NCBI RefSeq assembly: GCF_049075655.1
Contig: NZ_CP157522.1
Coordinates: forward strand, 768,001-832,000
DNA length: 64,000 nt
Source: Methanothermococcus sp. Ax23
GTDB taxonomy: Archaea; AGJL01; Methanococci; Methanococcales; Methanococcaceae
Direction: 5' to 3'
Shown here: positions 23,852 through 34,076 of the stretch, piece after piece
How positions within the stretch are numbered: position 1 is the stretch's first letter
Layout: each line of letters starts with the position of its first letter
Translations under genes and position numbers: made by a program
The notes under the pieces: model-generated
Told to the model about the DNA's origin: nothing
Databases searched by the model: none
What the model saw: only the letters and a program-made list of their open reading frames with translations

Positions 23852-24544
23852 TTATAGCTCTCTTATATATCTTCTAACAATATTTTCAAGGTTTTTGAAG
23901 CTCTTTGAATATAAACCTTCGGTTTTTTCATTATCGCATTTTAGATAGTATTTAGCCCCAAATATCTTTGAAAAAATTTTAGAATTTCCATATAGGGCTA
24001 TTGAATTATTTTTCAATTTATATCCTCTAAACTCATCCCATTTTAATAATACATCTTTGTTTAGTGTTTCGCTATAATATTGAATGCCCTCTTTTAAGAT
24101 ATTTATTGTTATTTCATAACTTCCTATGTTTTTCATACCATTATATGCAAATGTAAATGCTTTTATGAAATCTACTACCAAATACGCCATAATTAGAACT
24201 GTTATAAAAATTAAAGCACTTTCAAAAGAAATATTCATATTGATGAACAGGTATCCAGCAAATGCTATTGAAATAATACATACTAAAATTGCGACATAAA
24301 AAATTGTTTTTAAATAAATAAGTGAAAACTTTTTAATTTTCCTAATAAAACCAGAAAATTCATCAAATTTCATATTAATGGAATACAATACCTTTGGATT
24401 TTTTAGATTATAATTTTTACTATCTCTATTTTTTATTTTTATTTTTTTATTTCTAATTTGACTTATTTTTATCCATAAAATTTCGATTGCAACAATTGCA
24501 AATACAAAAGCCATGATATAGCCATTATTGTCCATAATCCTCAC
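23852..24544 (-). CDS. Membrane protein, paralog 4 of tandem array
   Basis: 3 TM; KEGI..LKWDEFRGY..LENIVR. Confidence 0.7.
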   Translation of the reverse strand: MRIMDNNGYIMAFVFAIVAIEILWIKISQIRNKKIKIKNRDSKNYNLKNPKVLYSINMKFDEFSGFIRKIKKFSLIYLKTIFYVAILVCIISIAFAGYLFINMNISFESALIFITVLIMAYLVVDFIKAFTFAYNGMKNIGSYEITINILKEGIQYYSETLNKDVLLKWDEFRGYKLKNNSIALYGNSKIFSKIFGAKYYLKCDNEKTEGLYSKSFKNLENIVRRYIREL

Positions 24545-25065
24545 TATTTTATTTCTTTCAAATGACTTTTAATAATATTTTCCACTTTGTTATTATATTT
24601 TAAAGAATGAACCATTTTAGAAAATCCATAACTTAAAACTAAATAAATATGCCCTCCTTTCTTATAATATCCTTTAAAATTATTCCATTTTAGGTGTCCA
24701 TATCCCTCAATAAATATTCCTTTATCAAATAGTTTTATTTCTGGATTGTATAGTTTTTTCCGCATAGGTGGTATGTAATACATTATTCCAAATATAATTG
24801 TTATGACAATAAACGGAGCTCCGAAATATACCAAGTCATTATTAAATACAAAAAATACAAAAATGAACCACATTGGGAAAAACAATTTATTATTTTTTAT
24901 ATTGTTTTTTATGGTGTCTATGAAGTCAATTTTGGCAGTTCCTTCTAAATTCCAGTTTTTAGATTTATGCCTTGTTAAAATTGAAAATATGGAATAAGCC
25001 ACCATCATAAATATTATTATCAAAATCATTATTGTTAAATAAAAATCAATGCCAATGTTTTTCAT
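24544..25065 (-). CDS. Membrane protein, paralog 3 of tandem array
   Basis: 3 TM; DKGI..LKWNNFKGY..VENIIKSHLKEIK. Confidence 0.7.
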   Translation of the reverse strand: MKNIGIDFYLTIMILIIIFMMVAYSIFSILTRHKSKNWNLEGTAKIDFIDTIKNNIKNNKLFFPMWFIFVFFVFNNDLVYFGAPFIVITIIFGIMYYIPPMRKKLYNPEIKLFDKGIFIEGYGHLKWNNFKGYYKKGGHIYLVLSYGFSKMVHSLKYNNKVENIIKSHLKEIK

Positions 25066-25106
25066 TTTGCCCCTCCCACAAAAATGTTTTATTTTACTTT
25101 TATTTT

Positions 25107-25652
25107 TTATTTTATCTCTTTCAAATGATTTTTAACAATATTTTCAACCTTCCCATCATCATTCAATAGATAAACATCCCCCATTATCCAATGAAGGTAT
25201 TTGAATCTCAATGCTATATGCTCCCCCTTTTTCAAATATCCTTTGAAATTAGTCCAAGGATAAACTAATACATTTTTAACCATAATCCCTTTATCGGTTA
25301 TTTGCACTTCTTCGGTGAGCTCCTTCTTTTTAACACTGTGGTTAATTAAAATTAGAACAACCACTAATGCCAATACACACAACAGCGTGAGTGAATTTGA
25401 TATTAAAATAGATATGTAGTCATTACTTACAGAAGACATAATATTTCTAACCAATATCATTAAATTTACAGCAAGAATAAAATAAATAATTCTGTTTCTA
25501 TATTTTATATCCATTTTTTTGTTTATTTTAGCACTGCATAATATTTTTGCTGATTTAGAGAGTTTTCTGTTTTTTAAAAATAGAATTGGCAATACTATAA
25601 TACTCACAATAAGACCAATAACAAAAAGCAATAGCAACTCATTTAGTTCCAT
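25107..25652 (-). CDS. Membrane protein, paralog 2 of tandem array
   Basis: 3 TM; DKGI..YPWTNFKGY..VENIVKNHLKEIK. Confidence 0.7.
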   Translation of the reverse strand: MELNELLLLFVIGLIVSIIVLPILFLKNRKLSKSAKILCSAKINKKMDIKYRNRIIYFILAVNLMILVRNIMSSVSNDYISILISNSLTLLCVLALVVVLILINHSVKKKELTEEVQITDKGIMVKNVLVYPWTNFKGYLKKGEHIALRFKYLHWIMGDVYLLNDDGKVENIVKNHLKEIK

Positions 25653-25680
25653 AATCCCCCTTTGCACTTTTTTATTTACT

Positions 25681-26223
25681 TTATTTTATTTCATTTAGGT
25701 GGTTTTTGAAAATATCTTCGAGCTCTTTATTGTAATTCAGACAGTAATTATTCTCCCCTAATAGATGTTTATTATACAGCACTATTTTATCTCTATTTAC
25801 TTTATAACCATCAAAAGATTTCCAATTTAGTGGTTTATCATCCCAAATAATCCCTTTGTCATATATTTCTATGTTGTAGTATTTTTTAATAAACACCATA
25901 TATGCAAATATCGTGGATAATAGTAAAAAAATAAGAACTGTGAAACTGATTACTGTAATATTATCCATATAAAGTATTTTAAGCATTATTAACCAATAAA
26001 TTATTCCTATAATTATTAAAATTGTATATTTATACTTATTTTTTTCAAAATTGTATTTGATATTTTCAAAAACACTAATTTTTGTAGAATATAATTTATT
26101 TCCTGATTTTATTTTATTTAATTTCCTTTTTAATATAGAAAGGAATATCAATAAAAACATTAATGAGAATGATGTCCAAACAATATTTGATAAACTAAAT
26201 AATGTAAATATCCAGTAATCCAT
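25681..26223 (-). CDS. Membrane protein, paralog 1 of tandem array
   Basis: 3 TM; DKGI..LNWKSFDGY..LEDIFKNHLNEIK. Confidence 0.7.
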   Translation of the reverse strand: MDYWIFTLFSLSNIVWTSFSLMFLLIFLSILKRKLNKIKSGNKLYSTKISVFENIKYNFEKNKYKYTILIIIGIIYWLIMLKILYMDNITVISFTVLIFLLLSTIFAYMVFIKKYYNIEIYDKGIIWDDKPLNWKSFDGYKVNRDKIVLYNKHLLGENNYCLNYNKELEDIFKNHLNEIK

Positions 26224-26299
26224 TGCCCCTCCTCCTTATTTAGTTTATTTTTATTTCAAATAAAACTTATAACAGCCAATCTTTAACTTCTTTATTTAA

Positions 26300-27454
26300 C
26301 TGACAGTGTGAATTAACAATACCATCTTTAAAATCAAAAAATAGAAATAGGTAGTAGTTAAATATCTCATTAAAAAACGGTGAATTCAGCATGCTAAAGA
26401 CATTAAGTAATATGCTCACTAATTCTATAAATAGTTTAGGATTTAACTGTTCGGAAGAATTATCTAAGTTTGCATTGGTTAGAACGTTAACGCCGATAAA
26501 AACTATTAAAGCATTTTCAGAAAGTATTTCAAAAATCCACAGAACAACTATCGTTAAAAACTTGCAAAAACTCTTCGAAGAAGAGTTTTACTTATACGCT
26601 CAATTATTAAACCTTCCCGACATTTTGAATGACAATAGATTTAAATACGCTGCAATAATCGATTCAACATTATTAAGAAGATGGAGTGAAAATATTTATG
26701 GTTGTAGTATTAGATACAATTACATCGAAAATCATAGCAAACTATATCAAGAGCAAATAAACTGCTGTATCTATCACAAAAAAAAGGGCTTTATACTATT
26801 CACACTACGATAAAACCACTCGACAAAAAATCCACAAACATATTTATTGAAATCATTGAATTTTTATCTCAAACTAACATCAGGACGGTTATAGGGGACA
26901 GTTTTATCACAACAAAGAAAATTCTAAAGGGATGTAAGGGATTGGGAATCGAATACATTGGCAAACTTAGGAAAAACATTATAATCGAGTTTTTCAGTAA
27001 GAAGGTTAAAGTGGAAGAATTGTTCGAAAAGGATTTTCAAAAAAGAAAGTTCAAATTAAGGACGATTAATGGAATAGAGTTCAAATTATCCGATAGGATT
27101 GTGAATATTCCAAATGTTGGCAAGGTTAAAATCGTTGCTGTGCAAATGGAAAATCAGAAAAAACCTAAGTATTTAGTCTCTACAAACTATAAAAAGAAGG
27201 CAGAGAACATTATAATCGAGTATATGAAGAGACCAAAGATAGAAGAAAAACATAAAAGGGATAAATCGATTTTAGAAGTTGAAGGGAATTACATAACTTC
27301 TGAAAAGAGTAATATTGGATTCATTAGATTTATGGCGGTAGTATCAAACTGCATCGAATACTTAAGCTACAACTATGGATTATCGTTTTATGAAATCGTT
27401 AAAAAGTGTGGTAAAGAACTAATAAAGAAAGGAATATCATAATCACACTGTCAG
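26300..27454 (+). mobile_element. Insertion sequence, IS4-like DDE superfamily (IS701/ISH3-like)
   Basis: TIRs CTGACAGTGTGA / TCACACTGTCAG; 8-bp TSD TTATTTAA at 26292-26299 and 27455-27462. Confidence 0.9.
26391..27442 (+). CDS. DDE transposase split by a -1 frameshift at the A8 run 26778-26785
   Basis: IIDST, VIGDS (in the -1 frame) and YMKRPKIEEKHK (YREK-like); a -1 shift fuses the two ORFs. Confidence 0.8.
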
Positions 27455-27630
27455 TTATTTAATTTATTATCCATGCCTCATAGTCTTTAAGTCTGCCCAA
27501 TAGAATTATTAGTTTATTTTAATGTATCATTAACAATTTTATTATTTAATTTTTTCCATTAAATATTTATATGTAAAAACTATAATGATTAATCATTACA
27601 ATATTATTTTCATTATCATTAGGTGGAATT

Positions 27631-27909
27631 ATGTATGATGTTTCGATAATCAAGGATATTGTGTTGATAGTGGTTTCAATAGGAATATTGTTGGCATCAA
27701 TTAGATTGTGGATTCAAAAGGACAGTAAAAACATGGTTTATGCTCGTCTTCATATTGCGGGAGTAATAGATATTGCCTGTATAGTTATACTGCTGGTTTT
27801 AAATCAACCATTATTGGCGTTAATATATTTGGTTCTCTGTCCTTTTGCCGCACATGCTATTGCTAATGCCGATTATTACGATGAATTGAAGGAAAGTGGA
27901 AATAGTTAA
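27631..27909 (+). CDS. MnhG-like membrane subunit, probably energy-converting hydrogenase B (EhbC-like)
   Basis: YARLHIAGVID, PFAAHAIA. Confidence 0.7.
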   Translation: MYDVSIIKDIVLIVVSIGILLASIRLWIQKDSKNMVYARLHIAGVIDIACIVILLVLNQPLLALIYLVLCPFAAHAIANADYYDELKESGNS

Positions 27910-27999
27910 AAAATAGATAAAAACGAAGAAGAAAAGTAAAAATAAAAAGTAAATAAAACGCAAAAGTAAAATAAAAGCAATAAATAAATTGGTGGTGCT

Positions 28000-28251
28000 A
28001 TGTATTTGAATTTTATCGATTTTGCCGTATTGGCGTTAATTGTTATGTCATATATCGGAACTCTGATTCAAAAGGATTTAATTAAATGTGTGGTATTAAC
28101 TGGATTGGGTGGATTGGGTTTGGCATATATATTCAGCTCACTTCTTGCTCCTGATGTTGCACTTACTGAGGCAATATTAGGCGGTGCAGTGCTTCCTGCA
28201 TTCTTTGCATTCACAGTTAAGAGAACTCAGAGACTGGATGAAATCGATTAA
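28000..28251 (+). CDS. DUF4040/MnhB-related subunit (EhbD-like)
   Basis: LAPDVALTEAILG motif. Confidence 0.75.
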   Translation: MYLNFIDFAVLALIVMSYIGTLIQKDLIKCVVLTGLGGLGLAYIFSSLLAPDVALTEAILGGAVLPAFFAFTVKRTQRLDEID

Positions 28252-28254
28252 AGG

Positions 28255-29376
28255 TTATATATTATTAAAATAGAAGTAAATTCTGAATATTAATATAAAC
28301 AAAACTATCAAACAAGATATGAGAGCCACGCATTTATGAATAATATAATCAGCACCTTTAAAAACTGCAAGATACACACCAAAATATGATGCCAATGCTA
28401 TAAACAAACTTATATCTACAAGTGTTTTTGATGAGCTCATGGAAAAAAATGCAATGATAAATGCATTTAATAAAACTCCCACTATTGATATATCTTTTTT
28501 TAAATTTTCCAATGATTCTACTGGTTTTAATTCTAATATTTTTGGAAATAAGGATTTTGGCATCCAACTAAGGGTAAATGTCCAGCTAAATATGCACCCT
28601 GAGACAATCATTAGCATTCCAAACCATACAAACATGTTATTTTTTATCAATAACTTCATAACCGTTTCTAAATCACCATATATTGCAGTTGAAGAGATGC
28701 TCCACGCATACAATAGATATAAAATTCCCACAATAAGAGTTCCAAGGATAAGCCCATAGCAGATGTCTTTTTCTGGATTTTTAAAGGATTCTGAGGGTAT
28801 GGCTATGCCTTCCCATCCAGTCATAGTCCATAATCCAAAATAACTAGCCATTAAAACCTTTGAAATATCAAATTTTGTTTTGGAAAATATGGATAAGTCC
28901 AAGCCATTGGAATATACCATAAAAATAAGAATCAATATAGTAATAATAGCGAAAAGCCTTAGAAGATTTCCAATGACTCTAATGCCTGATAATACAAGTG
29001 TAGTTATGATTATAACCAATATCATGCCAATATATTTAAAATCAAAATAAATGTTAAAAATTACATTGAAAAATGAAACTACCGCAGATATGGACAATAC
29101 CCCGGCAAACCATAGCAAATATCCAAAGATTTTTCCGATTTCATTGCCAAATACTTTTTGAATGTATTTATAAGGGCCTCCGCTCTTTGTTATTTGGGTT
29201 GAGGCATAGGCAAAGGGCATCGCCATTATCAGACTTATAATTATGTCGATAATCCATCCGTATATTGCACATTTTCCAGCTATTGTATATGTTAATGGTG
29301 AAAGAACGAAAATTCCCCCTCCCACAATGGATGTAATGGTTAAAAACACCGCATCCTTTAAAGTTAAATATCTCAT
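28255..29376 (-). CDS. APC-family amino acid permease
   Basis: SIVGGGIF, KSGGPY, GWEG..SESFKNPEK. Confidence 0.8.
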   Translation of the reverse strand: MRYLTLKDAVFLTITSIVGGGIFVLSPLTYTIAGKCAIYGWIIDIIISLIMAMPFAYASTQITKSGGPYKYIQKVFGNEIGKIFGYLLWFAGVLSISAVVSFFNVIFNIYFDFKYIGMILVIIITTLVLSGIRVIGNLLRLFAIITILILIFMVYSNGLDLSIFSKTKFDISKVLMASYFGLWTMTGWEGIAIPSESFKNPEKDICYGLILGTLIVGILYLLYAWSISSTAIYGDLETVMKLLIKNNMFVWFGMLMIVSGCIFSWTFTLSWMPKSLFPKILELKPVESLENLKKDISIVGVLLNAFIIAFFSMSSSKTLVDISLFIALASYFGVYLAVFKGADYIIHKCVALISCLIVLFILIFRIYFYFNNI

Positions 29377-29522
29377 GCCATCAACTGATTTATTATATTA
29401 TTATATTTTCATTATAATTTTCAACATACTTTTTTAAATAATTTTATAAAGGATTATGTAATTATAAATATTTTAATATTATTGGATGAAAAACATAAAA
29501 ACTTAATTAAGCGAGGGATATA

Positions 29523-31415
29523 GTGAAAATATTATTAATCCATTCTGACTATTTGGAATTTGAGGCAAAACAGAAAACAAAAATTGCAGAAGACACCGAT
29601 GTATTAAAGGGAAAAATGGACGAATGTTTAACTGCATTCATAGCAGTTGAAAAAGAGGATGAGGAAAATCCTGAAAATGTGATAAATAACACTGTAAATG
29701 AGATTATAAAAACTGCGGAAAATTTAAAGGTAAATAATATTGTAGTTTATCCTTATGCACATTTATCAAGCGACTTATCATCTCCAAAAGTTGCAAAGGA
29801 TGTTTTAAAAGGAATAGAAGAAGATTTAAAAGAAAAAGATTACAATGTGTTAAGAGCTCCTTTTGGATGGTATAAGGCATTTAAAATAAGCTGTAAAGGG
29901 CATCCATTAAGTGAGTTATCAAGGAAAATAACCGCAGATATGAAAGAAGAAAAAGAAGAAGAAAAGGGAGAAAAAAAGGAAACCGAAAAATCCAAGTTCT
30001 ACCTATTAAATGGAGAGACAAGAGAATTAATAGAATTAAATGAGAAAAATGTAAAAAAATTGGAAGATGAAGGATTAAAAGCATTGGCAATGCATGAGAT
30101 GGGAATAAAGCATGAAAAGAAAAGCAAAGAAACAGAACCACCACATGTGAAGTTTATCACAGAAAAAGAAATCTGCGACTATGAACCATCATCAGATGCG
30201 GGACATTTTAGATGGTATCCAAAGGGAAAACTCATAAGAGACCTTTTACAAGATTATGTTTATAATATGGTGGTTGAAAACAACGGTATGCCTGTTGAAA
30301 CGCCTGTAATGTATGATTTAGGAAACAAGGCAATAAGGGAACATGCAGATAAATTTGGAGAAAGGCAGTATAGATTCAAACAAGGAAGCAAGGATTTAAT
30401 GCTCAGGTTTGCGGCATGCTTTGGGCAGTTTATGATGAAAAAGGACATGTATATCCTTCCAAAACATTTGCCTTTAAAGTTGTATGAGCTCTCAACATAC
30501 AGTTTCAGATATGAACAAAGAGGTGAGCTCGTAGGATTGAAGAGATTAAGGGCTTTTACAATGCCTGATATGCATACTGTATGTTTGGATATAAAGCAGG
30601 CCATGGAAGAATTTGAAAACCAATTCTGGATGTGCTTAAAAACAGGAGATGACCTTAATACGCCTTATTCAGTAATATTTAGATACACACAGGACTTTTT
30701 CGACGAGAATAAGGAATGGTTCTTTAAAATAGCAAAGGACTATAAAGAAAAATATGGGAAGGATGTAATTCTTGAATTGCTTCCAAAGAGAAAACACTAT
30801 TGGGTTGGAAAGGTAGATATGGCAGTAATAGATAGCTTTGGAAGACCTATCGAGAATCCAACAGTTCAAATAGATGTGGAAAGTGCAAAAAGGTTCAATA
30901 TCGTTGTTCATGAAGGAAATGAAAAAGTTTATCCAATTATACTCCACTGCTCACCTACAGGAAGTATAGAAAGGGTATTATGCGGGCTGTTGGAAAAGGC
31001 ATCTATGGATGCTGACGCAGGAGCTCCTCCGATGTTGCCAGTTTGGTTATCCCCAATACAGGTGAGAGTAATACCAGTTTCAGATGCTCACAAGGATTAT
31101 GCATTAAATGTTGCTAAAAAACTCAGAGAAAACAATATAAGGGCAGATTACGACGATAGGGAAGAAAGCGTAGGTAAAAAAATAAGAAACGCTGGAAAAG
31201 ACTGGGTGCCTTATGTGGTGGTAATTGGTGATGAGGAAGTTGAAAATGACACATTAACCATTACAGTAAGAGAAAAATCAACATTAAAAAAGCCAGTTAA
31301 AGAAAAGATGACTGTTGAAGAGTTAATCGGAAAAATAAAAGAAGAATCAAAAGGATTCCCATACAGACCTTTAAGTTTGCCTCTATACTGCTCATTACAG
31401 CCAATATTTAGATAA
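29523..31415 (+). CDS. thrS: Threonyl-tRNA synthetase (archaeal type)
   Basis: Archaeal editing domain (YPYAHLSS, PFGWYKAF..CKGHPL), RFAACFG, MPDMH, anticodon-binding domain. Confidence 0.97.
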   Translation: MKILLIHSDYLEFEAKQKTKIAEDTDVLKGKMDECLTAFIAVEKEDEENPENVINNTVNEIIKTAENLKVNNIVVYPYAHLSSDLSSPKVAKDVLKGIEEDLKEKDYNVLRAPFGWYKAFKISCKGHPLSELSRKITADMKEEKEEEKGEKKETEKSKFYLLNGETRELIELNEKNVKKLEDEGLKALAMHEMGIKHEKKSKETEPPHVKFITEKEICDYEPSSDAGHFRWYPKGKLIRDLLQDYVYNMVVENNGMPVETPVMYDLGNKAIREHADKFGERQYRFKQGSKDLMLRFAACFGQFMMKKDMYILPKHLPLKLYELSTYSFRYEQRGELVGLKRLRAFTMPDMHTVCLDIKQAMEEFENQFWMCLKTGDDLNTPYSVIFRYTQDFFDENKEWFFKIAKDYKEKYGKDVILELLPKRKHYWVGKVDMAVIDSFGRPIENPTVQIDVESAKRFNIVVHEGNEKVYPIILHCSPTGSIERVLCGLLEKASMDADAGAPPMLPVWLSPIQVRVIPVSDAHKDYALNVAKKLRENNIRADYDDREESVGKKIRNAGKDWVPYVVVIGDEEVENDTLTITVREKSTLKKPVKEKMTVEELIGKIKEESKGFPYRPLSLPLYCSLQPIFR

Positions 31416-31417
31416 TA

Positions 31418-34012
31418 TTAAATTCCATATTTTTCTTTTCTTTTCTCGAATGCTTCTTTTCCACCTTCAAGAATCTTTTGAACAGATGATTTAATTTCAC
31501 TACCATCTATTGCACCTCGTTTAGTAACAAACCCATTTCTTCCATTCGAGGTCATGACCAGCATGAGCTCAGAATCACCCAATACTGGAATATTGGCATT
31601 ATGTGTTACAATAATGAGCTGTCTCTTATTTTTTATTTTACGAATCATCTTTACTACTGCGTCGTATATAAATGAATTATCTAATGAATCTTCTGGCTGG
31701 TCTATTATCAAAGGTATATTTCGTTCATTCATTGCAATAGACAATATTGCTGTGCATTTTTGTCCATCAGACACTGATTCTACTTCCTTCCAGCCTCTCC
31801 CATCCTTCAGCATTATAGTTATTTTATCATCTCTCTGAGCTGTCTGTATTTCATATAGTTTATTTTTAGCCAATATTATGGCTTTTTTTGCCGCATCTTC
31901 AGAGATACATGCCCTATTTGCGAGAGATTCATGATCTTCCTGTTCCAAAATCTTAGAAAAATCCCTAGGATGAACTTTATCTGCAATTTTGGCTCTATCT
32001 TCTTTTAATATCCTATAATCAGAACTTCTTAGAACTTCATTAACTAAAAACTCCTTATACTTGGAATTATCTCCTTCTTTTTCAATTTTAATTTTTACAA
32101 TGTTCTCTAATGACTCATTAATACGATTTATCAATTTTTTTCGTTTATTATATATCTCCTTTCTATTCTGTTCAAGCTCTTCCAATAATTCTTTCCGTTC
32201 GTTTTTTAACTTATTTAAATTATTTTCCTTAGTTATAATTATTTCATTAAGTTTTTCCAATTCTTTCCGTTTCTTTTTCAATTCTAAGTAATCGTTATAA
32301 TCCTTAACTGAAATACCATCATTCTCCATTACCAACAACAGTTCCCTCATTCTTTCTTTTTCACAGTTATACTTATCAGTCCAATCCGCATATATTTTAT
32401 TAATCTTTTTATTACATTTATTCAATAACTTGATTTGCTCCATTATCTGACATTCTACCTCTTCTTTTGAATTTTTTAGCAATGATATACATTCTGATAT
32501 TTTATCTCTATTGGGCAAATCTCCCATGTCCTCTATGGCTGGAGCTATTAATCTATTACTCCTAAATTCCATTAAAATTTCTTCATTATATTTTATACTG
32601 TCATCCATTTGTTTTTTTATTTCATTTAAAATCCTTTTTTCATCTTCCCAATACATATGATCTTTAAGCTCATCCCCTATCCCTTTGCTATTCAATGTTC
32701 GCAATTTTTCTTCAATGATTGGTAAATCTTTTATTTTAGACTTTAATTCATATATCGCTCCATCTTCCGTCAAAATCTTATTTTTATTCATTGCTAGTTT
32801 TTTCAATAGTTCATCATTACATTCTTTCAAATTTTCAAAATCAATATACTGGTCAATCATATTTAGCTGACTTATACCACTATTCGCAATTTCTAACAAT
32901 TCACCCTGGCCATAAAATTCTATTTTAAAAAATTCTCTCCGAAACTGGTCTATATCAATGCTGGTTTCCTCGCCACATTCTCTAAGGATTTTTGGGTTTT
33001 TACCATATACTCTTTCTATTACATAGTTCTCCCCATTGTTTGCATTCACTAACATTGTAATTTTGCCATTGTCGCCGAGAACTCCCCTAATTTTATTTTC
33101 TTCTTTTTTCCTTATATCTAGAATATCTGATGACATTCCCATAGCATATCTTATTAATTCAATAATTGTGGATTTTCCCGTACCCTTCCCCCCAATTATA
33201 CAATTTAATCCTATATTAAATTTTATGGTCTGGCTATTTAAAAATCCACCTTCAAATTTAATACCAATAATGTGGGGATGATTGGGTAATTCATCATTCA
33301 ATCTAATCCTCGAATCATAATCCCCCAATGCTAGTCGTAATCCTTCAAAACTTGGTTTATCCATTTTTATCAAGGAGTATCTCCTGCCTATATCCTCCAA
33401 TGAATGAGCATCAGAATTTTGAATGCAGGCGTACCCCCTATTATTATATTCTTCCTTGGTTTCCATTCTTGTTATTTCAATTCCCCTCAAATAAGGGGAC
33501 TCTAAAATCTCTTTTTTAGCTGGAATCAGTCTTTGTATTTCTGTGTCCAACCCACAATTGGAATCCACATGTGATAGGATAGATATGCCGCCTAATTCAT
33601 CCACTATCTTCATTATCACAGGTATTGTTTTATTGGTCACCGTATCGGATTTTCCCCTTTTATCATGTGAAATGTCAATTTTTATTAATAGCTCATCCAC
33701 TTTTTTATAGTCTAATGGGTCAAAAATTGCCAAAATGTGAACTTGCCTCTCACCCCCATGTGGTGTTGTTATTTCAACGCCTGGAAGAACCAGTAGGTTT
33801 TTACCCTTTGCCGCTTCTGAAACTTTCTCGAACCATCCTTCACTATTGTGGTCAGTTATTGCTATAATCTCTATTTTTTTATTAATTGCAGTTTCTACTA
33901 TGTCTTCTGCAGTTACATTTTTCTCCTTGTAGCATTTTGAGGCTGGTGTGTGTATGTGAAGATCGCATGTGTAAAATTTTGCTCCATTATTCTTAGATAA
34001 TATATCATTCAT
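31418..34012 (-). CDS. PHP phosphoesterase fused to SMC/ABC-type ATPase (Ppl/TrlF-like defence protein)
   Basis: DLHIHT, ITDHN, GVEI, SH, NSDAH; Walker A GGKGTGKS; coiled coil; SDGQ signature; IIDQPED; VTHNAN. Confidence 0.85.
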   Translation of the reverse strand: MNDILSKNNGAKFYTCDLHIHTPASKCYKEKNVTAEDIVETAINKKIEIIAITDHNSEGWFEKVSEAAKGKNLLVLPGVEITTPHGGERQVHILAIFDPLDYKKVDELLIKIDISHDKRGKSDTVTNKTIPVIMKIVDELGGISILSHVDSNCGLDTEIQRLIPAKKEILESPYLRGIEITRMETKEEYNNRGYACIQNSDAHSLEDIGRRYSLIKMDKPSFEGLRLALGDYDSRIRLNDELPNHPHIIGIKFEGGFLNSQTIKFNIGLNCIIGGKGTGKSTIIELIRYAMGMSSDILDIRKKEENKIRGVLGDNGKITMLVNANNGENYVIERVYGKNPKILRECGEETSIDIDQFRREFFKIEFYGQGELLEIANSGISQLNMIDQYIDFENLKECNDELLKKLAMNKNKILTEDGAIYELKSKIKDLPIIEEKLRTLNSKGIGDELKDHMYWEDEKRILNEIKKQMDDSIKYNEEILMEFRSNRLIAPAIEDMGDLPNRDKISECISLLKNSKEEVECQIMEQIKLLNKCNKKINKIYADWTDKYNCEKERMRELLLVMENDGISVKDYNDYLELKKKRKELEKLNEIIITKENNLNKLKNERKELLEELEQNRKEIYNKRKKLINRINESLENIVKIKIEKEGDNSKYKEFLVNEVLRSSDYRILKEDRAKIADKVHPRDFSKILEQEDHESLANRACISEDAAKKAIILAKNKLYEIQTAQRDDKITIMLKDGRGWKEVESVSDGQKCTAILSIAMNERNIPLIIDQPEDSLDNSFIYDAVVKMIRKIKNKRQLIIVTHNANIPVLGDSELMLVMTSNGRNGFVTKRGAIDGSEIKSSVQKILEGGKEAFEKRKEKYGI

Positions 34013-34076
34013 TATATTACCCCCCACTAAAAATGTAATTATATGTCATTACTTGGCATATTTACCAATATATTTA

